Positions 48,885 to 60,990 of a stretch of 64,000 nucleotides of DNA are shown one piece after another. Made by a program: the position numbers and the translations under genes. The stretch's first letter is position 1. Every line of letters begins with the position of its first letter. The notes below the pieces were generated by a model. The model saw nothing but the letters and a program-made list of their open reading frames with translations, was not told the origin of the DNA and ran no database searches. Location of the stretch: positions 174,036,001 to 174,100,000 of the forward strand of contig CM059425.1 of assembly GCA_030390025.1 (NCBI GenBank), in the 5' to 3' direction. The DNA comes from Squalus acanthias (Eukaryota).

Positions 48885-49817
48885 ATGTCAGGACAGCTCG
48901 GCGCCGTGTTATGCTCCTCCTGCGCTATGTGGGAAATCAGGGACACTTCCTGTGTCCCTGACGACCATGTGTGCGGGAAGTGTATCCAGCTGCAGCTACT
49001 GGCAGACTACATTGCGGTGCTGGAGCTGCGAGTGGATGCATACTGGAGCATTCGCGATGCTGAGGACGTCGTGGATAGCACGTTTAGTGAGTTGGTCACA
49101 CCGCAGGTAAAGGCTGCACAGGCAAGAAAGGAATGGGTGACCACCAGGCAGAGCAGTAGGCGCAGGCAGCTAGTGCAGGGGTCCCCTGTGGCCATCCCCC
49201 TCTCAAACAGATATATCGCTTTGGATATGGTTGGGGAGGATGGCTTACCGGGGGAAGGCAGCAGCAGCCAACTTCCTGGCACCGTGGGAGTTTCTGCTGC
49301 ACAGGAAGGGAGGAAAAAGAGTGGGAGAGCTATAGCGATAGGGGATTCTATTGTAAGGGGAATAGATAGGCATTTCTGCGGCCGCAAACGAGACTCCAGG
49401 ATGGTATGTTGCCTCCCTGGTGCAAGGGTCAAGGATGTCTCAGAGTGGCTGCAGAACATTCTGGAGGGGGAGGGTGAACAGCCAGTTGTCGTGGTGCATA
49501 TATGTACCAACGATGTAGGTAAAAAACAGGATGAGGTCCTAAAAGCTGAATATAGGGAGTTAGGAGGTAAATTAAAAAATAGGACCTCAAAGGTAGTAAT
49601 CGCAGGATTGTTACCAGTGCCACGTGCTAGTCAGAGTAGAAATAGAAGGATATTTCAGATGAATACGTGGCTAGAGGAATGGTGCAAGTGGGAGGGATTC
49701 AAATTCCTGGGACATTGGAACCGGTTCTGGGGGAGGTGGGAACAGTACCTGAGCAGGACCGGAACCGATGTCCTAGGTGGAGTGTTTGCTAGTGCTCTGG
49801 GGGAGGATTTAAACTAA
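48885..49817 (+). CDS. CR1 ORF1p: zinc finger/leucine zipper plus SGNH esterase-like domain (open frame, 310 aa)
   Basis: CSSCAMW..CGKC, heptad leucines, IGDSIVR, PGARVKD, HICTND. Confidence 0.85.
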   Translation: MSGQLGAVLCSSCAMWEIRDTSCVPDDHVCGKCIQLQLLADYIAVLELRVDAYWSIRDAEDVVDSTFSELVTPQVKAAQARKEWVTTRQSSRRRQLVQGSPVAIPLSNRYIALDMVGEDGLPGEGSSSQLPGTVGVSAAQEGRKKSGRAIAIGDSIVRGIDRHFCGRKRDSRMVCCLPGARVKDVSEWLQNILEGEGEQPVVVVHICTNDVGKKQDEVLKAEYRELGGKLKNRTSKVVIAGLLPVPRASQSRNRRIFQMNTWLEEWCKWEGFKFLGHWNRFWGRWEQYLSRTGTDVLGGVFASALGEDLN

Positions 49818-52786
49818 AATGGCAGGGGGTTGGGAACCTTAGCAGGGAGACAGAGGAAAGGGAAACAAGGATAGAAGCAAAAGTCAGGAAGGAAAAAAAC
49901 AAAGGTGGCAGTCAGAGAAATCAAGGGTTTAAATCAAACGTGGCCACAGTAAGTAATAACTCTAAAAGGTCTAAGAGCATTAAAAAAAACAAGCCTGAAG
50001 GCTTTGTGTCTTAATGCGAGCAGCATTCGTAATAAGGTGGATGAATTAGCTGCGCAAATAGAGGTAAACAAATATGATATGATTGGAATTACGGAAACAT
50101 GGCTCCAGGGTGACCAAGGCTGGGAACTCAACATCCAGGGGTATTCAATATTCAGGAAAGATAGGCAAAAAGGAAAAGGAGGTGGGGTAGCATTGCTGGT
50201 TAAAGAGGGGATTAACACAATTGTAAGGAAGGATATTAGCTCTGATGATGTGGAATCTGTATGGGTAGAACTGAGAAATACCAAGGGGCAGAAAACGCTA
50301 GTGGGAGTGGTATACAGACCCCCAAACAGTAATGCGGAGGTTGGGGATGGCATTAAAAGGGAAATTAGAGAAGCGTGCAATAATGGCACAGCAGTTATCA
50401 TGGGTGACTTTAATCTACATATAGATTGGGCTAACCAAATTAGTAACAGTACTGTGGAGCAGGAATTCCTGGAGTGTATACGGGATGGTTTCCTGGACCA
50501 ATATGTCGAGGAACCAACTAGAGATCAGGCCATCTTAGACTGGGTATTATGTAATGAGAAAGGATTAATTAGCAATCTTGTTGTGCGAGGCCCCTTGGGT
50601 CGGAGCGATCATAATATGATAGAATTCTTCATTAAGATGGAGAGTGAAGTAGTTGACTCAGAGACTAGGGTCCTGAATTTAAATAAAGGAAACTACGATG
50701 GTATGAGGCACGAGTTGGGTGGGATTGATTGGGGAATGTCACTCAAAGGGTTGACGGTGGATAGGCAATGGCAAACATTCAAAGATCGCATGAATGAACT
50801 ACAGAATTTGTTCATCCCAGTTTGGCATAAAAATAAAACAAAAATGGTGACTCAACCGTGGCTAACAAGGGAAATTAGGGATAGCATAAGATCCAAGGAG
50901 AGGACATATAAATTGGCCAGAAAAAGCAGAAAACCTGAGGATTGGGAGCAGTATAGGATTCATCAAAGAAGGACTAAGGGATTAATTAAGAGGGGAAAAA
51001 TAGGAGTATGAGTGTAAGCTTGCAGGGAACATAAAAACTGACTGTAAAAGCTTTTATAGATATGTGAAGAGAAAAAGATTGGTGAAGTCAAGCGTAGGTC
51101 CCCTGCAGTCAGAATCAGGGGAATTTATAATGGGGAACAAAGAAATGGCAGACCAATTAAATACATACTTTGGTTCTGTCTTCACAAAGGAGGACACAAA
51201 TAACCTCCCACAGATGTCGGGGAACATAGGGTCTAATGAGAGGGAGGAACTGAATGAAATCAGTATTTGTAGGGAAATTGACGGGATTGAAGGCCGATAA
51301 ATCCCCAGGGCCTGATAATCTACATCCTAGGGTACTTAAGGAAGTGGCCCTAGAAATAGTAGATGCATTGCTGGTCATCTTCCAAAATTCTATAGACTCT
51401 GGAACAGTACCCATGGATTGGAGGGTAGCTAATGTTACCCCACTATTCAAAAAAGGTGGTAGAGAGAAAACGGGGAATTATAGACCGGTAAGCCTGACAT
51501 CAGTAGTGGGCAAAATGCTAGAGTCCATTATAAAAGATGTAATAGCAGAGCACTTGGAAAACAGTGACAGGATCGGACAAAGTCAACATGGATTTACAAA
51601 AGGTAAATCGTGCTCGACTAATCTACTGGAATTTTTTGAGGATGTAACTGGTAAAATAGATAAGGGAGAACCAGTGGATGTGGTGTATTTGGACTTTCAG
51701 AAGGCTTTCGATAAGGTCCCGCATAAGAGATTAGCGTGTAAAGTTAAGGCACATGGGATTGGGGGCAAGGTATTGACTTAGATAGAGAACTGGTTGGCAG
51801 ACAGAAAGCAAACAGTTGGAATAAATGGGTCTTTTTCCGAGTGGCAGGCAGTGACTAGTGGGGTACCGCAGGGATCGGTCCTAGGACCCCAGCTATTCAC
51901 AATATATATTAATGATCTAGACGAGGGAATTGGATGTAATATCTCCAAGTTTGCAGACGACACAAAGCTGGGTGGGCGTGTGTGCCGTGAGGAGGATGCC
52001 GAGAAACTCCAGTATGATTTGGACAGGTTGGGTGATTGGGCAGAAGCATGGCAGATGCAATATAATGTGGATAAATGCGAGGTTATCCACTTTGGTGTCA
52101 AAAACAGGAAGGCAGATTATCTGAATGGCAATAGATTGGGAGAAGGGGAAGTGCAACGAGACCTGGGTGTCCTTGTGCACCAGTCGCTGAAGGTAAGCAT
52201 GCAGGTGCAGCAGGCAGTTAAGAAGGCAAATGGTATGTTGGCCTTCGTAGCGAAAGGGTTCGAGTACAGGAACAAGGATGTCTTGCTGCAGTTGTACAGG
52301 GCCTTGGTGAGACCACACCTTGAGTATTGTGTGCAGTTTTGGTCGCCTTATCTGAGGAAGGATGTTCTTGCCATGGAGGGAGTGCAGCGAAGATTCACCA
52401 GGCTGATACCTGGGATGGCAGGAATGACGTATGAAGAGAGATTGGGTCGATTGGGCTTATACTCGCTGGAGTTTAGAAGAATGAGAGGGGATCTCATTGA
52501 AACTTATAAAATTCTAACAGGACTAGACAGACTAGATGCAGGAAGGAGGTTCCCGATGGTTGGGGAGTCCAGAACCAGGGGTCACAGTCTAAGGATAAGG
52601 GGTAAGCCATTTAGGACAGAGATGAGGAGGAATTTCTTCATCCAGAGAGTGGTGAACCTGTGGAATTCTCTACCACAGAAGGCAGTGGAGGCCAATTCAT
52701 TAAATATATTCAAGAAGGAGTTAGATATGTTTCTTAAGGCTAAAGGGATCAAGGGATATGGAGAAAAGGCAGGGACAGGGTACTGA
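49818..52786 (+). pseudogene. CR1 ORF2 (APE endonuclease plus reverse transcriptase) with a few lesions
   Basis: GITETWL, YRPP, GDFN, SDHN; YLDFQKAFD, QGSVLGP, FADD; frameshifts near 51000 and 51270 and a TAG at 51779. Confidence 0.92.
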
Positions 52787-54382
52787 ATTTGGATAATCAG
52801 CCATGATCTCATTGAATGGCGGAGTAGACTCAAGGGGCCGAATGGCCTACTCCTGCTCCTATCTTCTATGTTTCTATGAAGTATGCCACAAATGGCAAAG
52901 TTCTCGATGCAGTGGAGGAAAGGTGTGCTGATACAATTGATCCTTAAAAATGGATGGACAGGTAAAAAAGCACTAAAAAGGCAAATGAGCTTTTGTGATT
53001 TATATAGAGGGATTGAATATAAAAGCAGTGATCAGAATGACTGTACAAATTGCTGGTAAGGCCACATCTGGAATATGGTGTGCAGTTTTGGGCTTCTCGT
53101 TATAGGAGGAATATGACAGCCCTTGGGAAAGTGCAACTCCGATTTACCAAGATGATTCTAATGATGAGAACTCAGTTATGAGGAAAGGCTAGAGCAACAA
53201 GGGCTTAATTCTCTCAACTGAGAAGATTAACAGAGAATTTGACAGAGGTGTTCAAAATGTTAAAAAGGTAAATATAGATAAATAATTTCCATTGATAGCT
53301 AAACCAAAAACATGAGGCAATGTAAGAGATGGATTCTTAAGGGGGAAGATTAGATTAAACTTTTTCACAAGGAGTTATCAGAACGTGAAATGCTTTTCCA
53401 CAAGTGTTGATCAATGCTAAATTACAGCATTCAAGCAAGATACTGAATAATTATTTAAAGAGAATGATAATAACAAAGGAAAATGGGACTATGTAAAATC
53501 ATCCTGAAGAGCCTAAATTCAGCATAGGTAAGAATGAAAGAATAAGAACATAAGAAATAGGAGCAAGAGTAGGCCATTCGAGCTATTCAATAAGATCATG
53601 GCTGATCTTCTACCTCAACTCCACCTTCCCGCACTATCCCCTATCCCTTGATTCCCTTAGTATCCAACAGACCTCGTCCTGTGCTAAAATTTCTATATTT
53701 CTAAGATTCAATTCCCCAAACAGGGACGCCTTTCTTAATTGCATGCAGGGGCTTCTTAATAAACCAGGCTTTTAATTTGTTACAGGACTTAGGTAAATTA
53801 AAAATCGATCATGGAGCATGTAGTGATGGTGGTAGAGGAGGAAAACCCTGCTGCCTAGAGTGCCAGCTTGTGTCCACCACTGTGGAGCCTGACAATGTGG
53901 ACCTCATGGGACTAGCTTTTTTTTAAAAAAAGAATGTTTCCTGAGCATCACACATTGGTGTAGTCACTCAGGACCATGCTGTCGATGGCATCGCCAGTGG
54001 AGGACTCTGGAACTGCACATGTGCTGCCTTGCAGGGTGGTTTCTCAACACTATAGTCCACAAAGGAGTATATGGTCACTCCAGGAACATCTACAGCAGAA
54101 TGTGCTATTTCTTCTGGCTTTGACAGGTTTACAAATTGGTTAGAAAGAGAATCACGTGACAGGACTTTACTGATCTGATTGGTGCCATGAGATCTGCCAT
54201 CAGGCCAATGAGTGGCCATGGCGAGGCGGTGGCAGGGGGATAACTAACGGGCATAGATAATGGTTCCATCTCTCAGGACGTCATCATGCAGTCCCTCTAA
54301 GGGGAAACAAAAGAGGATGGGAGGCAAAAAATATTTTTTTTTTTTTTTTTTTAAATTGCACCATACAATTTCTCCCTTCATC

Positions 54383-54408
54383 CACACACACACACACACA
54401 CACACACA
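54383..54408 (+). repeat. (CA)n microsatellite next to a poly-T run (54335-54352)
   Basis: Directly visible. Confidence 0.9.
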
Positions 54409-54547
54409 GTTCTTGAGTCCTGTCCTTATAATAGAGGAATTAAACACATTGGTAAGAATTAGCTACAGTAAGTGAGAAAATAATAAAACATTTGAGACAT
54501 AGCACATGCTGTAAAACATCTTATGGGTCAGTGTATGAGATACTTAC

Positions 54548-54652
54548 TGTTTTCTTTCCAACTCTCCACTCATCCTCTCCAATGTTGTAGTATTTAATAA
54601 GAGTGCTTTCAACTTCTGAAGCCAGTTTTTGTGCATCAGGTAAAGTTCCCAT
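54548..54652 (-). CDS. STARD4: STARD4 first coding exon (ATG at 54652; exon acceptor at 54662)
   Basis: ttgcag|tttattagaa-ATG: MGTLPDAQKLASEVESTLIKYYNIGEDEWRVGKKT|gtaagt; exons total 105+50+127+115+227 = 624 nt = 207 aa plus stop. Confidence 0.95.
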
Positions 54653-57069
54653 TTCTAATAAACTGCAACATTAAAAGATAGGTAAACAAATCAGACAATT
54701 TCCCCTGAAAGGTTAAACTGTTTTAGCTGAATTCTTAGATGACAATTGTGAGCTATGTTTATTAACCAAAGTATCAATGCACGCTCCAGAATTCCACAGA
54801 CAGAAGTTCAGATTTAAAACATACTCCGAACAAATTTTACTACAATTCAAACCCCATTCTCCACTCACTTACAATGCTGTATCTAACAATTTTTGACACT
54901 GATTACTGGGCTTTAACTAAGAACAAGCAGCTTTACTGTAAAAAGGGGGAATTTTCCTAAGCAATCCTGCCCAAAAATGCATGAGCAATGACAGTGAATT
55001 GGGGAAAATTCGAGCAGTGGGGACTACTGCTGCATCACCATCCCAGCTGGGATTTCCCTCCCCCCACCAGGACCACCACTGGCTGCTCCTCCCCACCAGA
55101 AAACAGCTTAGACCCATAGGTCCTCAGAAGAATTCCTTTATACCCACCCTACAACTCCACTTCCCAATGCTACCACATGGAAAGAGGTGGTAGGCCCCAG
55201 AAAGCAGCGGTAAAGGTCTTGAGATTCCCCAAGGGACAGGACCTTGTAGCGGTCTCCTCTTGCTGACGGCCTCGGTCTCAGCCGTGGCCTTCAGTGGGAG
55301 CCTTGATGCAATCTTCGAGGCACTTCTGCCCCTTTAAGGTCCCTCGCAGCACCGCTGGGATTTTCTGCTCTCATACCGACAGGTTCCCTGTTGGTGGCAG
55401 GACTCCAGCCAGGGGCATGCCGCAATCACAGGATGAAACCTAACCCAAGAAAATTGGTTGTGGTGGATCCGGAGGGACGGGTAGAAGTCCTGCCCCAGAG
55501 AGGAGAATACCGGCATAGGAATCAATCTGCCAGCTGAGATACTGTCTCAACACAACAACATATTTCCTCGCTCTTAACTCAACACATGCAATTCCAAAGA
55601 CAATATTCTGAAAATGTTAAGGTTGCTAAATCACAATATTTATTTTACACCTTTAAGTTCAATATGTTGGTAGTTTGAGCTTCCCACACTATTCATCAGT
55701 AGAAAGAAAAGCCTGAATAGTAATTTTCCATTTAAACTTCAGAATTTCTACATCATGTTGATATTATTCAGGGATAGAAATGATCACTCATTTACATACC
55801 CTGGACAGGTAAAATATACAAGCACAAGTGTTTCATGTCAGATTTGTTTCATGTCAGTATTAAACTAAGATTAGATCACAAGATGCTGAGCGTAACAGAC
55901 ATTGAACTGCTGTGTCTGAGGAGGCAGTTAGGAGATTGTTATTAAAACAATATCTAGGAAAGGTTCCGATGCTTCTTCCAGGAGTATCTGTGATTTTCCA
56001 AAATACAGTAGGTTTACCATAAGTACAAAGGAAAATATACTACAAACAACTACAGCCCAAGCTTCTTTTTAAAATGTTATGATAATTAAAACAAATGTTT
56101 CAGACAATTTTACAGCAGAATCAGCTACCTTGAGCTGATGTAAGTAATTTTTCAGGGCAATTTTATCCCTCCCTGGTCAGGTGGAACGGAGCAGGGAGCA
56201 GTTAGAATAGAACGGTTCCATTTCCCACTCCATTCCCGCTGATTCCCAATTTCAACACTGCTGGTTTTGGCAGCCATTGAATGGGAGCCTCATTAACACA
56301 TGCAAATCTAGTTCCATGACGTACATGGGACCTCGATGGTAACTTAACTCGCTCCTGAGCAGAGGCCCACTAAGGCAAGTTCAAAAAAAAAACTCTTAGT
56401 GGAGCCCAGCGGAATAGGAATGTGCCCCTCCGGACTCCACACGGAAAGGCCGGGCCTCTGCTGCCCTAGGCCTCATCAGAAAATCTACCCTACCGTGTCC
56501 ATGGCTGTTGAAATCTCCCAGGCACCGTCGTCACTTTTGCCCCATTCATGGTGGGCTCATTGCAGATCAGTAACTGGCTGCAAATGACATCAGCCAACTC
56601 AAATTTCCTTTGCTCCAAGGAGCAAGTGATTGATGGGGGAGATCACCAGAATGTAGTAAATGTGTATTTGCAGATTTAACTGGCTGCAAAGGACAAGCCG
56701 GGCACCAGCCAGCAAGCTCTGGCAACAATTGAGGCAAAAGTGATCATCTTGAATTGGAAGAGCATTGAACCCCCAAATTTAACATTTGCAGCACAGTTGC
56801 TTCACTCAATTTAGAGCTTTTGTAATGGCTCAGGCAAAAACACTTCACAAAATAAGGGAAGATATAAAGTTTAGAAACATACTACATAATTTTGGTCTTT
56901 GCAAAACTGATGTTAAACCCTCACTTCTTTCCTTTAGCTCCTCAGTCATCATGATGGCATATGCCAAGCATCCAGCAAGAATGCCAACATTATCCACACA
57001 TCCCAGGGCTTTTACTACTTCTTGGCCTCCCCTTACCCTGATCTTTGGTGCCTCTGCTTCCTATCATCT

Positions 57070-58000
57070 CATTCCAGAGAGTAGGACCCAGGCGGCCAAA
57101 GGCTCTGCCAAGGGAAGAGAGATAAACAAGAGGCCAGAGTCAAAGGAGGACGACAAGAATTTTAAATTTAAGGCATTCGTGTACCGAGAACCACTGTGGG
57201 CCAGCAAGGACAGGGTGATGGGTAAGCAGGACTGTGTGGGATAGGATAATAGGATTGCAGCTGAATTGGACAAGTTAGAGTTTAGAAAAGATGGATAATG
57301 GAAGCCTAGCAATGAGAGTGTGTTGGAGTAATCCAGTCTGGTGATGACAAAGACATGTATAAGGTTGTCAGCGACAAAGTGACTGAGGTAGTGCAGGGAT
57401 GAGCAATGTTGCAGAGGTGGAAGCAAGTGGTCTTTGTGTTGGAGTCTGAAGCTCAGTTCAGAGTTGAACAGGAGGCCAACATTGAAAGCAGTTTGATTGA
57501 GCCCAAGACATTGGCTAGGGAGAGATACGGAATTACTAGCAAGGCTGTGCATTGTGTGGTGGAGCCCAAAGAAGATGGCTTTGGTCTTCCCAATGTTGAG
57601 TTAGAGGAAGTTTTGACCCATCAAAGTCTGCATGTTGAACAAGCAGTCCGATAACACACAGACAGCCGGGGAGTTGAGAGAGATAGTGGGGAGCTGGGAG
57701 TCATCGAAACACAAGTGAAAGCTAAGTGTGTGCGTTACTCTGAAGAGATTGTAGTCAGGCCATGTGTCATGCAGGTGAAGATTAGCAACTTCAGAAAGTG
57801 ATGAAATATATCCCTGCTGGGACAAGATCACAGGAAAGCTAAAATTAAGTTCTTGGGACTGGAGTACCTGAATGAAAGAATGGAAACAAGCAGAGAGCTG
57901 CAGGAGAGGGAAGTGCATAATGAGAAGATGGTGCTGAAGGGCAGACTGCCACTACCGGCGACTGAGACACAATTATCGCATCATGCCAACGGTTTACCAC
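57070..58000 (-). mobile_element. Degenerate L2 LINE fragment
   Basis: LIHVFVITRLDYSN and other L2 C-terminal motifs in ORF 57064..57552. Confidence 0.7.
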
Positions 58001-58204
58001 TGCGCACAACCAGATCCTCGAAAGTGTCACTTTAAGCTAGCAACAATACCTCTTTAACAGTAGACGAGAAGCAGTCAAAATATTCAATGGCTGATAAGAG
58101 AATGGTACTATCTACTTAACTATAAGGCAAATCAAACTGATTATTGATGCAAACTGCAAATATCCTTACCTCAAGGTCACACAGTTGACAAGAGTCCGGA
58201 AGTA

Positions 58205-58544
58205 CCTGCGCCTGGTCCGGGCACCTGCGCCTGGTACTGACACCTTCGCCTGGTACTGACACCTTCGCCTGGTACGGGCACCTGCGCCTGGTCCGGGCTC
58301 CTGCGCCTGGTACGGGCACCTGCGCCTGGTCCTGGCTCCTGCGCCTGGTACTGGCTCCTGCGCCTGGTCCGGGCTCCTGCGCCTGGTCCGGGCTCCTGTG
58401 CCTGGTACTGGCTCCTGCGCCTGGTCCGGGCACCTGCGCCTGGTACTGGCTCCTGCGCCTGGTCCGGGCTCCTGCGCCTGGTCCTGGCTCCTGCGCCTGG
58501 TACTGACACCTGCGCCTGGTCCTGGCACCTTCGCCTGGTACTCA
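58205..58544. repeat. 19-bp GC-rich minisatellite, about 18 copies (CCTGCGCCTGGT[A/C]C[G/T]G[G/A]C[A/T])
   Basis: Exact 19-bp period with variant units. Confidence 0.95.
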
Positions 58545-58599
58545 GTTTCTTTGAGCCAAGCACATATGAGAGCGGCCGTTCGTGTAAAGGTTTGTTTTT

Positions 58600-59230
58600 G
58601 AAAGTGGTGGAGTCTGCGCCCGGGGGTAGATTGTCACACACCACACTGCTAGATATTGTTCCCGCTGATGTTCATTCACCAGGAACTCACTTCCCTGAAT
58701 ACTCCACTTGAATTGTGCGTGCCGGTGCCGGTGCCGGTGCCGGTACAGGTACACGTCATGTGACGGCTGGTGTTGTGCGACTTCTCATTTTTGTTTAATC
58801 AGACGCCGCCATCCGTTACCGTAGCGCCTACAGGTGGCGCCGTTGGAGAGAATCTCCAGTGAATGGTACGCAGAGGCGGAGCTTGGTTATCAGACCATTA
58901 CCTCAGACTTGGGCCCGACTCTGGGGGGAAGGAGTTCTAAAGAGGTGGACTCACAGGCTCCGCGCCATATGACGTACGCAAAACGAGGCGGGGTTTGGAG
59001 CTCGCCTCACGCCGCACCGATTGGTGAGTGAGCGCGCGGGCTGGATGGGGCGTCCCGCGAGGAGACGCTGTGATGAGCGTGCCAGTGACGTCAACTGCTC
59101 GTCGAGCTGATTGGTTAATTGGCAGTCGGACGGTTTTGTCAGTTGCTTGCCCGGGGTCACATGACTAAGTTTGCTTGTCCCCAGATGCCCTTTCCTAGTG
59201 CAGGCGTCAGGAGGGGAGGGTGATTGTGTT
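58600..59230 (-). promoter_or_regulatory. STARD4: Candidate STARD4 CpG-rich promoter and non-coding first exon
   Basis: CpG-rich unique sequence ~4 kb upstream of the ATG exon; CCAAT boxes on - (59020, 59110, 59118), CRE TGACGTCA (59086), GC boxes, SRE-like motifs, and candidate minus-strand splice donors at ~58169, 58690 and 58901. Confidence 0.7.
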
Positions 59231-59564
59231 TGGGGCTCAGGCTTATTTCAACACATGTTTGTTTGAACGGGGATACAATTAATGACTAGTTTGCTCTTTC
59301 CAATATTTTTCATGTTATAAAAAAATAAGCTGCTAAATTGAATGAGGAAGGAAAGTCTAGGGCAGTAACTATTGTTTCCATTTTATTAAATGGAAAAAAA
59401 CAAACGACTGCAAAAATAGCCTTTGTTTATCTAAGTGCTACACTACTGTCTGGGTATGCAGTGCACTCAGCCAGTAATGTGGTTCCCCAGGGTGGGATGG
59501 TTCCCGATCGGCTCCAAACTTTGGTCCAAAGTCATGGGCCTAGTTACTGTAAATGGAATAACAA

Positions 59565-60990
59565 CAACAACTTGTATTTATATAGCACCTTTAACGAAGT
59601 AAAACGTCCCAAGGTGCTTCACAGGAGCGTTATCAACCAGAATTTGACACTGCGCCACATAGGAGATATTAGGACAGTTGTGTTTTTGGATGATGTTGCT
59701 GAGGGACAGCAAGTAAACAAGAAATTGAGGGGGCCAAGGATAGATCCTTCAGGGATCCAGAGGTAACGATGTGGGAGCAGGAAGAGAAGCCATCGCAGGT
59801 GATTCTCTGGCTATGATTAGATAGATAAGAATGGAACCAGTCGAGTGCAGTCCCACCCAGCTGGACGACGGTGGAATAGTGGTTAGCACTGGTGCCTCAC
59901 AGCGCCAGAGACCCGGGTTCGAATCTGACCTCGGGTGACTGTCTGTGTGGAGTTTGCACATTCTCCCCGTGTCTGCGTGGGTTTCCTCCGGGTGCTCCGG
60001 TTTCCTCCCACAGTCCAAAAATGTGTGGGTTAGGTTGATTTGGCTATGATAAATTGACCCTTAGTGTTAGGGGGGATTAAATATGTGGGGTTATGGGGAT
60101 AGGATGGGATATGTTAGGGGGGAATTAAAATACGTGGGGTTACGGGGGTAGGGTGGGATATGTGTACTGTGGGGATTAAAGCAGGGACAGGGTACTGGAT
60201 TTGGATGATCAGCCATGATCGTATTGAATGGCGGAGCAGGCTCGACGGGCCGAATGGCCTACTCCTGCTCCTAGATTCTATGTTTCTATGTTTCTATGTA
60301 GGAGGAGGATGGTGTGGTCAACCATCTCAAAGGCTGCAGACAGGTCGAGAAGGACGAGGAGAGATATTTTACCATCGTCACAGTCACATAGGATGGCATT
60401 TGTGTCTTTGATAAGGGCCGTTTCGGTATTGTGGCAAGGGTGGAAACCCGATTGGAGGGATTTAAACATGGAGTTATAGAGTCATAGATTCATAACAGCA
60501 CAGAAGGAGGCCATTCGGCCCATCGAGTCCGTGCCGGCTCTCTGTAGAGCAATCCAGTCAGTCCCATTTCCCCGCTCTATCTCCGTAGCTCTGCAAGTTT
60601 ATTTCCCTCAAGTGCCTATCCAGTCTTCCCTTGAAATCATTGAGTGTCTCCACTTCCACCACTTCCGTCAGCAGCGAATTCCAGGTCATCACTCGTTGCG
60701 TAAAAAAGTTTTTCCTCACATCCCCCCTGTATCTCTTGCCCAAAACCTTAAATTTGTATCCCCTAGTCCTTGTATCATCAACTAGTGGAAACGGAAAGTT
60801 CCGGGAAAGATATGCACGGATTTGGGAGGCGACAGCACATTCAAGGACTTTGGAGAGGAAAGGGAGGTTGTAGATGAGGCGGTAGTTTGCAAGGACGGAG
60901 GAGTCAAGGGTTGGTTTTTTGAGGAGAGCGGTGATAATGGCAGATTTGTAGGAAAGGGGGACAATACCTGAGGAGAGAGAACCAGGATGC
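59565..60990 (-). mobile_element. L2 LINE fragments interrupted by an HE1-like SINE and a CR1 3' piece (60476-60790)
   Basis: QSGFHPCHNTETALIK..LLDLSAAF, NYRLIYNLPFLSKVLE; L2 tail at 59565. Confidence 0.75.
59869..60298 (+). mobile_element. HE1-like tRNA-derived V-SINE with CR1-type tail
   Basis: A/B boxes (AGTGGTTAG, GGTTCGAATC), V-domain TGTGGAGTTTGCACATTCTCCCCGTGTCTGCGTGGGTTTCC, 3' end identical in type to the local CR1 3' UTR. Confidence 0.85.

Larger units (their letters stand above)
48402..52878 (+). mobile_element. Near full-length CR1 LINE, antisense in a STARD4 intron, nested in an older CR1
   Basis: 5' tandem array, ORF1, APE endonuclease plus RT ORF2, 3' UTR ending TTCTATGTTTCTATG; older decayed CR1 on both sides (~48160-48400 and ~52880-53530). 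Confidence 0.95.

Noticed and set aside
53968..54219. 83-aa minus-strand ORF as an extra STARD4 exon
   Set aside because: The STARD4 CDS is already complete and in phase without it; no START-domain similarity
58205..58544. Possible CRISPR-like array (12-bp constant plus 7-bp variable)
   Set aside because: Variable parts are point variants of one sequence, not unique spacers; eukaryotic context with no cas genes
58116..58644. Three overlapping repetitive minus-strand ORFs (PGAGARTRRR...)
   Set aside because: By-product of a stop-free 19-bp minisatellite; no evidence of a real protein
59869..59930. tRNA gene
   Set aside because: tRNA-like A/B boxes continue into a V-domain and CR1 tail, so it is a SINE head
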